Both the position numbers and the translations under genes were made by a program. A stretch of DNA of 64,000 nt, taken from an uncultured Planctomycetaceae bacterium (GTDB taxonomy: Bacteria; Planctomycetota; Planctomycetia; Planctomycetales; Planctomycetaceae). Below are positions 10,817 through 22,692 of this stretch, piece by piece (position 1 is the first letter of the stretch; the number at the start of each line of letters is the position of its first letter). The stretch covers positions 480,001 to 544,000 of the forward strand of contig CAWFAK010000009.1 in the NCBI GenBank assembly GCA_963813715.1. The letters are read 5' to 3'. The notes below the pieces were generated by a model. It made no database searches. It saw only the letters and a program-made list of their open reading frames with translations, and was not told the DNA's origin.

Positions 10817-12101
10817 TTATTTTTTCTGAAGCTGTTCGCGAAGTTGTTTGACCTCTTCGCGAAGCTGCTTCAGTTCATCCGCGATCTGCTGATTCTGCTG
10901 CGAGAGTCGATTGATGTCGTTGCCGTTGAAGCCGGCCTGACCCTGAAATTGACCGCCCTGCCCCTGCCACGGCGCGGCCTGCCACGGGCCGGGACCCTGC
11001 GGGAACTGCTGCGGTCCGTATTGGGGACCATACTGCGGCCCGCCTTGACCCGGACCAAACTGATTCTGGCCGTTTTGACCCGGGGCGAATTGAGCCGTGT
11101 ATTCCTGGTTGCGGCTGCCCAAGGTGACCGGGATCTTCATCGATTTGTCGTCTCGCATCACTTCCAGGTCGGCTTTCGCCTGTGGCTTCATCTCGTGAAT
11201 CAGCGCGACCAGCTCGGCCGCGTCGTCGACCTTCTGGCCGTTGATCTGCATGATCACGTCGCCGGAGCGCAAACCCGCGCGAGCGGCCGGTCCGTTCGGA
11301 TAGACCTGCGAGATCTCGGCGCCCTTCTCTTCGGCGACCGCGTTCTTGTTCTCTGAACCCGGCGCCGTCGGCGCCCGGCCCGAAGCCTGCGTGTTCTGAC
11401 CCTGACCCTGCCCGTTCTGACCCTGCCCATTTTGAGCTGGACCGTTCGGGTTCTGGCCGTTCGGATTTTGGAAGGTCTGGTTCTGGTCGTTTCCGTTCTG
11501 ATTCTCTTCGAGCAGGACGCCCAACCAGGCGTGATCGCCTTGGAACTGGCCCGCGACGAGCTGCGTCGTCATTTCACGGCCATTGCGTTGATAGACGACG
11601 GGAACCGGACGACCACCGAGCACGCTCAGATAGGCGATCAACTGCCGCGGGCTGGCGAAGGTGCGGCCATCGACGGCGATCAACTGATCGTTCGGTTGCA
11701 GCCCAGCCTGACTGGCCGGACTATTCGGATCGACGGTCTTGATTTTCATTTCGGTCTGAGCGCCGCGCACGCCGTGTTCAAAATGCCGCGCCGAGCACGG
11801 AGCCGGTGCCCGTGGCTTCCTGGGCGGAAGTGCCGCTCGCGTCGGACGCGTGCCCTGCCTGTCCGGGAACGCCCCGTCCCGGTACGGCCTCTCCTGCCTG
11901 CGTGGCCGGATCCGCCGTCGGTGCGCTGGTTCTAACAGGGGAGCTTGTGGGTGTGTTATTTGTCGGGGCCGGCGTCGGTTCCGGCCGGTTCGGATTCGGA
12001 TTGCTGAGCTGCCCCCAAGCCGCCGTGGTCGCCCAGGCGACGACCGCACCGACGGAGAGTGATCGAGTCAGGATCATCGGCCAACCAAGATTCGGTCTCA
12101 T
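10817..12101 (-). CDS. Secreted two-PDZ-domain protein with Q/N/G-rich linkers and C-terminal coiled coil (frameshift near 11780)
   Basis: N-terminus with signal peptide in ORF 11778-12122; PDZ motifs VDPNSPASQAGLQPND and VYPNGPAARAGLRSGDVI in ORF 10817-12049; no protease domain seen. Confidence 0.8.
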
Positions 12102-12363
12102 TCCTTCTCCTTTGCCAACCACCCGGCTGCGTTAAGGTTCATGGCAACAACAGTTGAGGAACAGGAATCAAGAGCGTGAAGTGGGTGGACAACGTGAAGG
12201 TGAACACTGTGTCGGACCCTGCGTGGGCCTTCCGTTCAGATTCAGGCTCGCCGTCCCGCTCGTTCGACCGCTGCGGACTACCGGGAAAGTCTGCCAGCGG
12301 TTGAGGAGACATCGGGCACGGCCGTCGACGTGTTGCGAGTTCGAGCGACAGCCCACATTGTGG

Positions 12364-12379
12364 GGCAAAAGCTATGCCA
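12364..12379 (-). promoter_or_regulatory. Sigma-54 (-24/-12) promoter upstream of the PDZ gene
   Basis: TGGCAT-AGCTT-TTGCC on minus strand, matching TGGCAC-N5-TTGC spacing. Confidence 0.6.
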
Positions 12380-12572
12380 TCCGCCCAGGTCGGCTCACCC
12401 GGCGCAGAACCCGGGGGTCGCGATGCGTCGGCTTTAGAAGACGGCCGGTCAGACTTCGAGCGCGAGCGGCCCGACCGTCGGGACGTGAGCGTTTCGCGGG
12501 CGGAGGCACCGGCGCTGGCGCCGGCACCAAGCGGCCGCCGCGTTGCGAGAAATGAACGAGAATCCCGCGCGG

Positions 12573-14048
12573 TTATTCGACCTCCGCGGCCGCCTCTTCC
12601 AGATCGTCGACCTTCACGGTGCTGCCCAACTGGATGCGCAGCGCCCGCATCTTGTTGCGGAGACTGCCGCGGGTGATCCCCAGCATGCGGGCGGCCTGTG
12701 ACTGGTTACCCCGCGTGTGCCGCAGCACGCGTGTCAGCAGGTACCGCTCCATCATTTCGACGGAGGCTGTGTACATGTCGGTCGAGCCATTTTGCAGGCA
12801 CTCGTCCACGAAGGGCTGGAGGTCGCTGGGAGGCGTATCGTGCGAATTCGCCGACATCGCCGCAGCGGTTCCCCGCCCGACCATCCGCACCGTTTCCGGC
12901 AGGAAGTCGGGCAAAATCACGTTGCCCGTCGTGTTGAGCAATGCCTGACGCACCACGGCCTCCAGCTCGCGGACGTTGCCGGGCCAGTTGTAGCGCATCA
13001 GCATCTCGAGGGCTTCGGGCGAAATCCCGTGCACTTCCGGCTTGTGCAGCTCGCGGCCGAACCGGCTGAGCAGGTGCTCAAGCAACAGCAGGATGTCTTC
13101 GCCTCGGTCGCGCAAGGGAGGCAATTTGATCGTGAAGCCGTTGAGCCGGTAATACAGGTCTTCGCGGAATTCCCCCTTCGCGACCATGCCCGGCAGGTCG
13201 CGGTTAGTGGCGGCGATTACGCGCACATCGGTGCTGATGGTCTCGTTGCCGCCCACCCGCTCGAATTTCTGCTCCTGCAGTACGCGGAGAATTTTGCTCT
13301 GCAAGAGCGGGGACATATCCCCCACTTCGTCCAAGAAGAGCGTGCCGCGGGCACATTGCTCGAACTTGCCGATGCGGCGGTAATTGGCGCTCGTGAACGA
13401 GCCTTTTTCGTGTCCGAAAAGCTCGCTTTCCAGAAGGGTTTCCGGCAAGGCCGCGCAGTTGAGGGCCAGAAACCGCTCCTGGGCCCGCGAACTGTGATGA
13501 TAAATCGCACGGGCCACGAGCTCCTTGCCGGTGCCACTCTCACCGACGATCAGCGTCGTCAAGTTTTGCGGTGCCACGCGGCCCACGGCCTTGAAGACCT
13601 CGCACATGGCCGGGGAGCGGCCAATGATCTGGTCGCCATCGAGCGTCGCGTTGCTGCTGGAGGGCAGCTCGACGCGGACTTGCATCAGGCGGCGAATTTC
13701 CAGGGCCCGATCGACCAGCTCCCGCAATTTGGGCAAATCGAGCGGCTTGAGCAAGTAGTCGTACGCGCCCAGCTTCATCGCTTCGATTGTGGTGTCGCTG
13801 GTGCCGCCCGCCGTGATGAAGATGATGGGCAGCTTCGGATCGAGAGCCTGGATCTTTTCCACGGCTTCGAGCCCCGAACCTTCGGGCAGCATGATGTCCA
13901 AGAGCACGACGTCTGGCTTACGCTCGATCAGGTCGAGCCCTTCGCGAACGGTCTTGGCGGTCAGAACCGAAACGCCGGTCCCCTGAAACGTGCGCTCGAT
14001 CGTGTACAGAACAGCGCGATCGTCATCGATTACGAGCAGAGTCGACAT
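12573..14048 (-). CDS. Sigma-54-dependent response regulator (NtrC family: REC-AAA+-HTH)
   Basis: LLVIDDD, GESGTGKE, ESELFGHEKGSFTSA (GAFTGA variant), WPGNVREL, Fis-type HTH. Confidence 0.93.
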   Translation of the reverse strand: MSTLLVIDDDRAVLYTIERTFQGTGVSVLTAKTVREGLDLIERKPDVVLLDIMLPEGSGLEAVEKIQALDPKLPIIFITAGGTSDTTIEAMKLGAYDYLLKPLDLPKLRELVDRALEIRRLMQVRVELPSSSNATLDGDQIIGRSPAMCEVFKAVGRVAPQNLTTLIVGESGTGKELVARAIYHHSSRAQERFLALNCAALPETLLESELFGHEKGSFTSANYRRIGKFEQCARGTLFLDEVGDMSPLLQSKILRVLQEQKFERVGGNETISTDVRVIAATNRDLPGMVAKGEFREDLYYRLNGFTIKLPPLRDRGEDILLLLEHLLSRFGRELHKPEVHGISPEALEMLMRYNWPGNVRELEAVVRQALLNTTGNVILPDFLPETVRMVGRGTAAAMSANSHDTPPSDLQPFVDECLQNGSTDMYTASVEMMERYLLTRVLRHTRGNQSQAARMLGITRGSLRNKMRALRIQLGSTVKVDDLEEAAAEVE

Positions 14049-14383
14049 GTTGCCCCCGTAGTGCTGGCAGTGTTCGCCGTGCTTGCCGCGACGACACAGC
14101 GATCCCCATTTTTGCACCGAATCCTGGGACCCTCCAAGCGCCGAATCCCAGAATCGTCGTGGTGTGCCTAAAAAACTTTGGCCCCGTCGTGCTGTCTACG
14201 CAGCCGGCTCGCTCGCCAGGTAGGTTAAACCCGAGACCCCATACAGCTCTCGCATAACGTCTCACCGAGTTGCGAGAACCGATCAAAACTTATCCGATCG
14301 CGGCGACCAGAATTCGAGCGCCGCACAGTGATCTCCATTGCTGCGACCGTCACTTTCGATCGCGGCCCTCGGCCTGCGAATCG

Positions 14384-14623
14384 TCAGGCGACTCGCAGCC
14401 GATTGTTGATGCCCCGAATCTGTTCCAGCCGCAGGACGGCCGTTTGGGCCAACTGCTTGACGTAGAACGAGGGGACGCTACCGGTCAACTCGACGACTCC
14501 GTCGGAGACGTCGCACTGGATTTCACGCAACGGCGCGTAGCCCGACTCTCGCAGGGCGCGGTGGACGTTTTCACGGATGGAACGATCGAGAGGCTTGAAT
14601 CGCGAAAGCACGATTTGACTCAT
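14384..14623 (-). CDS. BON domain protein
   Basis: GVVELTGSVPSFYVKQLAQ...INNRLRV. Confidence 0.85.
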   Translation of the reverse strand: MSQIVLSRFKPLDRSIRENVHRALRESGYAPLREIQCDVSDGVVELTGSVPSFYVKQLAQTAVLRLEQIRGINNRLRVA

Positions 14624-14702
14624 TGAGAAAGGGGCCCAAACCCAAAAGGTGAAGCAAGGGAACGAAACTCAGAGACGGAGATGTCCGCCGGAAAGTGCAT
14701 AA

Positions 14703-14718
14703 TGCAACCCCCATGCCA
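14703..14718 (-). promoter_or_regulatory. Sigma-54 (-24/-12) promoter upstream of the BON gene
   Basis: TGGCAT-GGGGG-TTGCA on minus strand, 80 bp upstream of the ATG. Confidence 0.7.
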
Positions 14719-15108
14719 GCGGGGTGCGAAGGGTTGGACCAGGAGCCGAACGGGCCGAGGTGTGGATCCAAAAACCTGACTTCTCAGCGAGCAATTCCGC
14801 TCTAATTCGGGAAGATTTTACCGGGACGGAAGCGACCAACTGGCGGCCTGCGAGCCAGCGTGTGGTCGCTCAGCGATCATCGTGGCCTCAGAACGACCAC
14901 CGGCCTGCACCCGCCGACTACTCCCACGCTGGGGGTGGACAACCGCGTTTACCCGACAATCGCTGTTCAGGATACCCGAGGGGGCATGACAAGTGCAGAT
15001 GTTTCCACGAAGGAAAACAAGAGCGAAATCTCGTATGAGGCGGAGATTTCTTCGGGTGTCATGACGACCAAGAGGCACAGCAGACGAACAGCAGAAGGAG
15101 TGTCGGGT

Positions 15109-16101
15109 ATGTCGAGGCAGCTTTGGGCGCGGGGAGTTTGGGGCATCGCCGTGGCGGTCGCAACGAGCGCGTTGGCAATTGCCGGGGCTCAGCAGAACAA
15201 TCCCCCGCAGAACGCGAATCAGAATCCGTCGAACACACAGCAGCAGAACAATTTTCAGCAGGGCAACCAGCAACAGGGCAATGCGCAGCAAGCGCTGCAA
15301 CAGGGCCCGATGGGCACCTTCCAGCGCAATGGGGAGCCGCGCGGGATGGCCATGCACAACGACGTCGACCACTACCTGATCAAGGTGCTGGCCAAAGCGA
15401 ACAAAGATGAAATCGAAATGGGCAAGCTGGCCCAGCAGCGGTCGAGCAATCCGGAGGTGAAGCAGCTCGCCAATCAATTGGTGCAGGATCACACCCGGTT
15501 CTTGAGCTCGCTCGAATCGCTGAAGCACAACGGCCAACCGGCAACCAATCGGCAAGCGGGCAATCAGCCGATCCAGCAGGGAACAGCGTTCCGCGGCGCG
15601 GCACCGGGCACGATCGACCAGCAGCAACCGCAAGGGCAACAGCAGCCGTCCAACAACCCGAATCAGGTCAATCCGGGCCAGAACAATGGGTTTCGGAACA
15701 ACGCGGGCCAAGCGAATAACGAGACGATGGCCGGCCGCCGAGCCCACCATGACCAAATGGCGGGCATGGGCGAGCATGGCACGGCCGGTCAATTCGCCAA
15801 GATCATGGAGGAAGTCGACCGCAACCTGCAGCAATCGATGGTCCGCGAGCTGTCGTCGAAGCAGGGCGCCCAGTTCGATCGCTGCTTCCTCACCGGACAG
15901 GTCTTCGGGCACATGTGGGTCGTCGAAGCTCTGAAGGTGTTTGAACGGGACGCCTCTCCCCAACTGAAGCCCCTGCTCCAGGAAGGGTTGCAGACGTCGG
16001 AGCAGCACCTGAACCACGTCAAGTCCCTGTTGGCGAAGCTCGACAACGAGCCGGCGTCGCACGCGGGAATCCAGCCCCGCGCGAACCGCGCCATTCGGTA
16101 A
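15109..16101 (+). CDS. Secreted DUF4142-like protein with Q/N-rich inserts
   Basis: Signal peptide; EIEMGKLAQQRSSNPEVKQLANQLVQDH and LSSKQGAQFDRCF..QV.GH; RBS AAGGAG. Confidence 0.8.
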   Translation: MSRQLWARGVWGIAVAVATSALAIAGAQQNNPPQNANQNPSNTQQQNNFQQGNQQQGNAQQALQQGPMGTFQRNGEPRGMAMHNDVDHYLIKVLAKANKDEIEMGKLAQQRSSNPEVKQLANQLVQDHTRFLSSLESLKHNGQPATNRQAGNQPIQQGTAFRGAAPGTIDQQQPQGQQQPSNNPNQVNPGQNNGFRNNAGQANNETMAGRRAHHDQMAGMGEHGTAGQFAKIMEEVDRNLQQSMVRELSSKQGAQFDRCFLTGQVFGHMWVVEALKVFERDASPQLKPLLQEGLQTSEQHLNHVKSLLAKLDNEPASHAGIQPRANRAIR

Positions 16102-16131
16102 CGAGATTCGTCCGGAGCACCCGGACCAGCG

Positions 16132-16160
16132 AGAGCGGAGCCCCCGGCTCCGCTCTTTTC
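16132..16160 (+). terminator. Intrinsic terminator after the DUF4142 gene
   Basis: agagcggagcc-ccc-ggctccgctct followed by T-run. Confidence 0.65.
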
Positions 16161-16169
16161 TTGCGCGCG

Positions 16170-18152
16170 TCACTGGGCGAGCGGCGCGACTTGGCCGCGT
16201 TTGACGGCCTCGGCCTGCTCGAGGTCGGCACGTACGCCGGCGAGGTTCGGCGCAACGGCCACCAGCTGGCGGAAATGCTCGATAGCTTCGTCCACGCGGC
16301 CCTGGTCGAACAGGGCAATCGCCCACAGTCGCTGGATGTGCAGCACGCTGTCGTCGATCGCCAGCACTTGTTCGGCATAGGCGATCGATTGCTCGGATTT
16401 GCCGAACGTGCGGCAGAGGAGTGCCAGGCCCGCGAGGCTGGCCGCGTTATTGGGCTCGATTTCCAGCGTGCGCTCGAACTCCACCTGCGCTTCGAAAAAC
16501 TCTTGCTTGCCGCAGAGCGCCAGGGCCAGGCCCCCGTGCGCGGCCGCGCAGCGCTCGTCGAGTGCCAACGCAGCCCGATAGTAGTGGGCCGCCGACCCGA
16601 AGCGTCGCTGGTCGTACATCATCGCGCCCAGCGTCACCAGGCCGAACGGCTCTTGGGGCGATAACTCAGCGACTCGCTCAAACTGGGCGAACGCTGCGTC
16701 GACGTGGCCTTCGGCCCTTAGGGCCTGGCCCAGCCACGCGCAGCCAAACGCATTCTCGCCCGTGCTGGCGACCCCGTGACGCATCAGCGTGATCCCGTCC
16801 CGCCAGTAGCCCAGTTCCACGTAGGCGACGGCCGCGTAAGCGGCGACGGCGCCCGTGGCGAGCACCGGCAACACCCGGCGGCGGACGAAGGGACGAACCA
16901 CGATCGTCGGCGGCAGCCACGCGAGCGCCAGATACAGCCCGAGGCCGGGCAAATACGCATAACGGTCGGCCATTTGCTGCAGACCGACCTGCACCAGGCC
17001 GATCATCGGCACAAGCGATCCCAGAAACCAGAACCAGCCGACGAACAGGAATGGCCGGCGCCGGACGTTGGCCAGCACCAAGGCCGTTATGGCGATCACG
17101 GCCAGGCCGGGGAGTGCGACCTGGCTCCAGGTGAGCGCGCGTCCCGGATGCGGATAACACAGTGAAAGCCGCACCGGCAGGATCGTGCGATCCAGGTACC
17201 GGCCGTACGCTGCAATCGCGTTGAGCAAGCGAACCTGCAACGGCATTTCGGCGAGTGTGCGGACGGAATGTCCGGTCGACTGCGCCCAAATCGCCACGCG
17301 GCAAGAAATCGCCGTGATCACAAAGAACGGAATCTTTTCGACCAGCAGCCGCGTCACGATGCGCACGCGGTGAGAAGCGCCCGCCGCGTCCAGGGCTCCG
17401 GCATTCGCCGCACTCAGCCGCTCGAGCGGCCAGAAATCGAGGAGCAGACAAAGAAACGGCAGCGTGACAAACGTCTGCTTCGCGCTCAGGCTCAGGACAA
17501 AGCACGCGAGCGCCGACACAAGCCAGACCGGTCGCCGCCGCTTCGCCGACCGCACGTAACACCACAGCGAGAGCAAGCCGAAGAACATGCTCAGCACGTC
17601 CTTCCGCTCGGCAATCCAGGCCACCGATTCGACGTGCAGCGGATGGACGGCAAAGAGCGCCGCGACAAAGGCGCTTCGCAGGACGCAGCCGGTCGCCTGC
17701 GTCAATAGGGCAAACACCAACAGCACGTTGAGCACGTGCAAGAGAATGTTCGTCGCGTGAAATCCGCCGGCCTGCGGGCCGTAGATCGTCGTGTCGAGCA
17801 TCAGCGACATCCAGGTCAGGGGCACCCAGTTGGAATCGTGGACTTTCGTCATAGCCCAACGCAGGCCCGGCAGGGTGAGTCCGCGCAGAACGTGGAAGTT
17901 CTCGGTGACGTAGGTCGGATCGTCGAAAGCCAGGAAGCCAAAACCGACGGCCCGCCCGTAAACGGCCAGCGTCAGCGCGACCAGCAAGACGCCCAGGCCC
18001 AGCTCAGGTCGCAGAGCGACCCGCCGCAGGCCGGACGGCAGGAGAGGCAGAGATTCGCGAGCCTCGTGCACTGCGCGTACCCCGAAGTCCTGGAGGTTCG
18101 TGGAGTTCGATTGGGTGTTTCGCGATCCGCGTGAAGGAGAACATCGCTGCAA
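16170..18152 (-). CDS. Multi-pass membrane TPR protein (TMTC/O-mannosyltransferase-like); start may be GTG 18071
   Basis: FDDPTYV, FAVHPLHVESVAWIAERKDVL, MADRYAYLP motifs and C-terminal TPRs. Confidence 0.85.
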   Translation of the reverse strand: MQRCSPSRGSRNTQSNSTNLQDFGVRAVHEARESLPLLPSGLRRVALRPELGLGVLLVALTLAVYGRAVGFGFLAFDDPTYVTENFHVLRGLTLPGLRWAMTKVHDSNWVPLTWMSLMLDTTIYGPQAGGFHATNILLHVLNVLLVFALLTQATGCVLRSAFVAALFAVHPLHVESVAWIAERKDVLSMFFGLLSLWCYVRSAKRRRPVWLVSALACFVLSLSAKQTFVTLPFLCLLLDFWPLERLSAANAGALDAAGASHRVRIVTRLLVEKIPFFVITAISCRVAIWAQSTGHSVRTLAEMPLQVRLLNAIAAYGRYLDRTILPVRLSLCYPHPGRALTWSQVALPGLAVIAITALVLANVRRRPFLFVGWFWFLGSLVPMIGLVQVGLQQMADRYAYLPGLGLYLALAWLPPTIVVRPFVRRRVLPVLATGAVAAYAAVAYVELGYWRDGITLMRHGVASTGENAFGCAWLGQALRAEGHVDAAFAQFERVAELSPQEPFGLVTLGAMMYDQRRFGSAAHYYRAALALDERCAAAHGGLALALCGKQEFFEAQVEFERTLEIEPNNAASLAGLALLCRTFGKSEQSIAYAEQVLAIDDSVLHIQRLWAIALFDQGRVDEAIEHFRQLVAVAPNLAGVRADLEQAEAVKRGQVAPLAQ

Positions 18153-18285
18153 AAAGATCAGCCGGAGAGCCGCAAAAGCTCGGTATCTTTATTGCGCAAC
18201 GGCCGACAGGGCAAGTTCAATTCGTGCCCTCGGGGCTGGACGTTCTGCGCTCATTCGCCGCGCGTCCGAGTTGAACGTTTTGAGT

Positions 18286-19002
18286 TCATCCGTCGCGTTT
18301 GGGGCGGCGTGCAAACAGGTAGCTCCGCCGGCTCGGATGCTCGACGTCGGGATACGGGTCGCGCTCGACGATTTCGTCGATTGCAAACCCGGCCTGCCGC
18401 AGAAAATCGGTCATTTCTTCCGATCGGAAAAAGTGGAAGTCGACCGACACCGGCTGTCCCCACCATTCGTCCAGGTGGATCGTCTGACCACCGACGTGAA
18501 ACGCCAAGAGGAGCCGGCCGCCCGGCCTTAACACGCGCTTCAACTCGGCCAACGCCCGCGGCACGTCGGGCCGCGAAACGTGAATGATCGAATAAAAGGC
18601 CGCGATGCCCACCCAACTCTTGTCGGGGACATCGAGCTCCAGCATGTTCCCCTGCTGAAAGTCGATCCCCGGCGTGAGCCGCCGCGCGCGTTCGACCATC
18701 GCCGGCGACAAGTCGACCCCGCACACGTCGACCCCCTGCTCGTGCAGGTAACGGGCAACGTGCCCCGGCCCGCAGCCCATGTCGCAAACCAGGCCCGTGT
18801 CGCGGACGTCGGCGGCGAACCGCTCGAGCAACCGCCGATCGAGGGGCTTGTGCCGCAACTCGTCGAAGATCCGCTCGACGTACTCGTCAGCAACGCGATC
18901 GTAACTGGCCTGCGTGTCGGGCTGCCGCGCCGCGTCGTTCTCGGCCCCCTCACTGTCAATCTCGCGGTCGCCGTCAGACGTGTGGTGGTTATCGGCATTC
19001 AT
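18286..19002 (-). CDS. Class I SAM-dependent methyltransferase
   Basis: CDMGCGPGH motif I, GVDLSPAMV, RVLRPGGRLL. Confidence 0.88.
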   Translation of the reverse strand: MNADNHHTSDGDREIDSEGAENDAARQPDTQASYDRVADEYVERIFDELRHKPLDRRLLERFAADVRDTGLVCDMGCGPGHVARYLHEQGVDVCGVDLSPAMVERARRLTPGIDFQQGNMLELDVPDKSWVGIAAFYSIIHVSRPDVPRALAELKRVLRPGGRLLLAFHVGGQTIHLDEWWGQPVSVDFHFFRSEEMTDFLRQAGFAIDEIVERDPYPDVEHPSRRSYLFARRPKRDG

Positions 19003-19044
19003 CGCACGAACCCCCCTAGGCCGCGTGCTCAAAACTCGGTGTGC

Positions 19045-22000
19045 TCAAAACTCGGCGATCTCGATCTTACGGATCTGGATCTTGCGCGATTTGACGGTTC
19101 GTTCTTCAAAAATCCGCAGGAGCGCAAGTCGGCCCATGCCCCTGTCGGAGTGCTTCTCCCAATTCACATCAGACGTCTTTTTGCCGTTCACTTTGACGAC
19201 GGTGTGGGCGCCGTCGACGGTGAGGTCGACGGTGAACCATTGGCCGGGCTGGGCGATCGGGTCGGCGTTCTTGAACCCCGTGTAGCTTCCCGCGCCTTCC
19301 AGGCCGATCGCCCAGATGCTCTCGGTGTTCGTTTCGTCCCTCCCCGCTGCGGCCCGCAGATCGATACGAAAACCGATGTCGGGATCTTTCGCAGTGTGGG
19401 GCGGGATCTCCGTGCGGAACCAGAGCGCGCTGAACTCCGTCCCTGTGAGCTGCGCTTCCAGCCGCAAATGAAAATTCTTGTAGTCGTCTCGCTTCGAGAA
19501 GAGAAAGCCGCTGGCCCGCGCGTCCCCCGGACAGACGAGAATCCCCTGCTCGATGCGCCAATCGCGTGGGTGTCCGGCTTCCGGGATCCAGCCTGTGAGA
19601 TCCCGGCCGTTAAAGAGCGAGACAAAGTTTTCCTTCCGCGGTTCAGCCTCCGACGCAACGGGGGCCGAGGGCGGTTTGGATACGGAGACGTTGGAGACCT
19701 CGCACGCCACGCGGAAGCCCAGATCGGGCAAATGGTCTCCCGGCTTGAAACTCCACCGTGCATGCACGGGGACCAGAGCCCTGAACGAGCCGCCCCGCGC
19801 GATGTGCTGAGCGCCGTCGGGCGGCCCGGGCGGATCGTTTTCGGGCGAATGCCGGTAGTAACCCGCGGCGTCCCAGTCCGAGCACTGCTCGAAGACGTTC
19901 CCCAGCGTGTCATAAAGCCCGAAATCGTTCGGGCGAAAACGGCCGACGGGGCTTGTAAAGGCGAAGCCGTCCGACGAGCGGGTCTGCTCCTTCCAGCCAG
20001 GAAACCGGGCCGCGGCCGTTTTGTCCGGGATATTGCCGATCTCGGTCATTTCCTCGCTGTCTCCGCCGTTGTAATTCCAATGGATGGTCCCGGCGCGCGC
20101 GGCGTATTCCCACTCCGCCTCGGTCGGCAGGCGGTATTTTTTCCCCTCTTGGCGCGACAACAACTCGCAAAACGTCTGCATGTCGGCCCAGGACACGTCG
20201 ACGACGGGGTGCGTGTCGTCCTGAGCGAATCCGGGCGTGCGCCACGTGTATTGATGGCTTTTGTCGAGCCTGCTTCGCTGTTTTGAGTTTTCGAGTCGCC
20301 AGCCTCCCCGGTCCTGCTCAGCTAGCGTTTCTGAAGCCGACTTGCGTGACGAACTTCCGGAATTCGCCCCGCGTCACCTCAAACACGCCGAGGTAAAACG
20401 GCCGCGTGATCCGTACGTGGTGGGGAATCATCGAATCGCCGGCATCGGGAGCCCCCATCGAGAACTCGCCCGGCGGAATCAGCCGCAGCTTCATGCCGAG
20501 GGAGTTGGTGATTTCTACGGGGACCTTGAGCCGCTCGGCCCAGTCCTGTTGGGCCCGTTTGGCTTGGGCCTCATCGAAGGGGGCGGTCAGCCGATCAGAA
20601 GCGGCGGTCGGCGGCTTCGCCGGCGCGGCTGGCTTGGCACGCGCGGCGGCAGGAGCGGCGGCGAGCTGTTTCTCCGGGGGCTTGCGAAGCTCTTTCGTCG
20701 CGGCTTTCGGCAGCGATGGGGGTGCTTTCGCCGCCGGCGGTTGAGGTTTGGGCGGTGACGCTTGCTCGCCCGTTTTCTCAACGATGTCGGGAAGTTGCGC
20801 CTCGACATCGACCACAATTTTGTTGTCCTCGATCGACACGTGGACCCGCTGCGTGTGCCCGCTGTCGAGCGGGAACGTGCGCGTGACGCTTGCAAACCCG
20901 GGCGAACTGACTGTCAGCTCCTGTTTGCCGGGCGCAACCGCGATCGACTGCTTGCCCGAAACCGTAACGAGAGCGTTCTTGCCGCTCAGCGAGATCGCCA
21001 GCCCCGGTTGATCGGCGTTGATCACGATCACCGTTCGTCCCAGCCACCAGAACAAGCCGCCCGCCGTCGCGGCGCAAACCAAGAGGCCAAAGGCCAGCGC
21101 GCTCCAGGGAATCCAGCCTGCCTTTTTCCAGTCCGACTTCACGTCTTCGAGGCCGACGCCGCCCGCCTCTCCCTGCGCCGGCGAATTGTTGCTGCACTTC
21201 GAGCGCACGCCGGTGGCCGCGCTTGATCGTCAGCAGCTGATCGGCCTTCTTGAGCGCGGTCCGCGCGTTGTTGAGCCTCACGGCCTCGTCGATCTCGACG
21301 AGCAAGTAGGCGATCTCGTCCGTGGCGGTCCGGGCCTTTTCGAGCAGTTTTGCGAGACCTTCGCCGCGCCTTGGCCTCGGGGACTTGCTCGGCGATTTGA
21401 ATCACTTGCTCGTAGTCGTGCCGAGCGAGGCACTTGCGGGCCAATTCCTCCAGTGAAGCCAGGTCATTGGCCGTCAAGGTTTTTTTTGCTTTTGGAGCTT
21501 CTGCGTCTCCGACGCGATTGAATTGGAACCGGCCGTCGTGTCGGTCGCAGCGGCGGCGGCCAATCCGACCGACGATTTGGGGATCGATACCGAAGAGCCC
21601 CCAGGGTTTTTGAGAATCGTCGCCAGCTCCGCGGCGACGGCCGCCAGCGAGGGGAAGCGGACGGACGGATTCTTGGCCATCATCCTGAGGCAGAGCGCGT
21701 CGGTCCGCGGATCGAGGCCCGGTCGCGCCTGGCTCGGGGCCGGCGGCTCTTTCGTCACGATTTGACCGAGCACAGCCATGACCGAACCGCGAAACGGCAA
21801 CTGGCCGGTGAGCAGTTCGTACAAGATCACCCCCAGGCTGTACTCGTCGCTAAGAGGCCCGATCTTCTCCGGGTCTCCGTCGACCTGCTCGGGCGACATG
21901 TAGGCCGGCGTGCCGACGAGCGTGCCCGCGTGCGTCAGGCGGATCTCCTCTTCGGGCCGCACGTTGTGCGCCAGGCCGAAATCCATGATCAGCGGCTCGC

Positions 22001-22692
22001 CCCGCTTGTCGACCATGACGTTGTCGGGCTTGAGATCGCGATGGACGATGTTGTGGTCATGCGCGTTCTGCAGGGCCAGCGCCAACTTGCGAACGATCGC
22101 CAGCACCTGCCGCTCGGGCTGCGCCTTGCTCGAACGGACGAACGCCGAGAGGGGATTGCCCTCGATGTAAGCCATCGAGAGGTAGTGCGTCTGGTCAATC
22201 TTTCCGACGTCGTGGACGGGGCAAATGTTGGGATGCCGTAACGTGGCCGCGGCCTGCGCCTCCCTGTAGAACCGCTGGAGCAGCTCGCCGGACGGATCGT
22301 CCTGGAAGTGGGGCGTCTTCGAGCGCGACCTGCCGGCCGAGCTGCATGTCCTCGGCGAGGTAGACGGTCCCCATCGCCCCGCTGCCGAGCGCCCGCACGA
22401 TGCGGTTACGGCCGAACTGGCCGGCCAAAACGCCGCTGCCCAATCCTCCGAGGACCTTGGCCCGCGACTTGGGCGGCACGGTCTCCTGCGCCCGCTGGGG
22501 ATCGCCGGCGAGCCGCCGAAGGTCGTCTTCCGAGGCGAGTAGCGAGCGCAGCTCGTCCCCGACCCCAGCGTGCTGGGCGACGAACGCCTCGACGTCGACC
22601 GATTCGCCCCGATCGAGCCGCTCCAAGTAGTCCCGCAGCGCGGCTGCGATTCGCGGATCGTTCGATTCACTGCTGTTCGATGGGTCGGACAC
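19045..22692 (-). CDS. Ser/Thr protein kinase fused to FGE-sulfatase (SUMF1-like) and DUF1080 domains, several frameshifts
   Basis: GSGAMGTVY, HRDLKPDN, DFGLA, GTPAYMSPEQ; ITNSLGMKLRLIPPGEF; YRLPTEAEWEYAAR; LFNGRDLTGW; pieces in ORFs 22195-22692, 21474-22670, 21139-21477, 20778-21305, 20318-21208, 19045-20196. Confidence 0.82.

Noticed and set aside
12717..20286. Long overlapping ORFs 12717-14171, 14818-16326, 18580-20286
   Set aside because: Antisense to well-supported genes; typical GC-rich shadow frames
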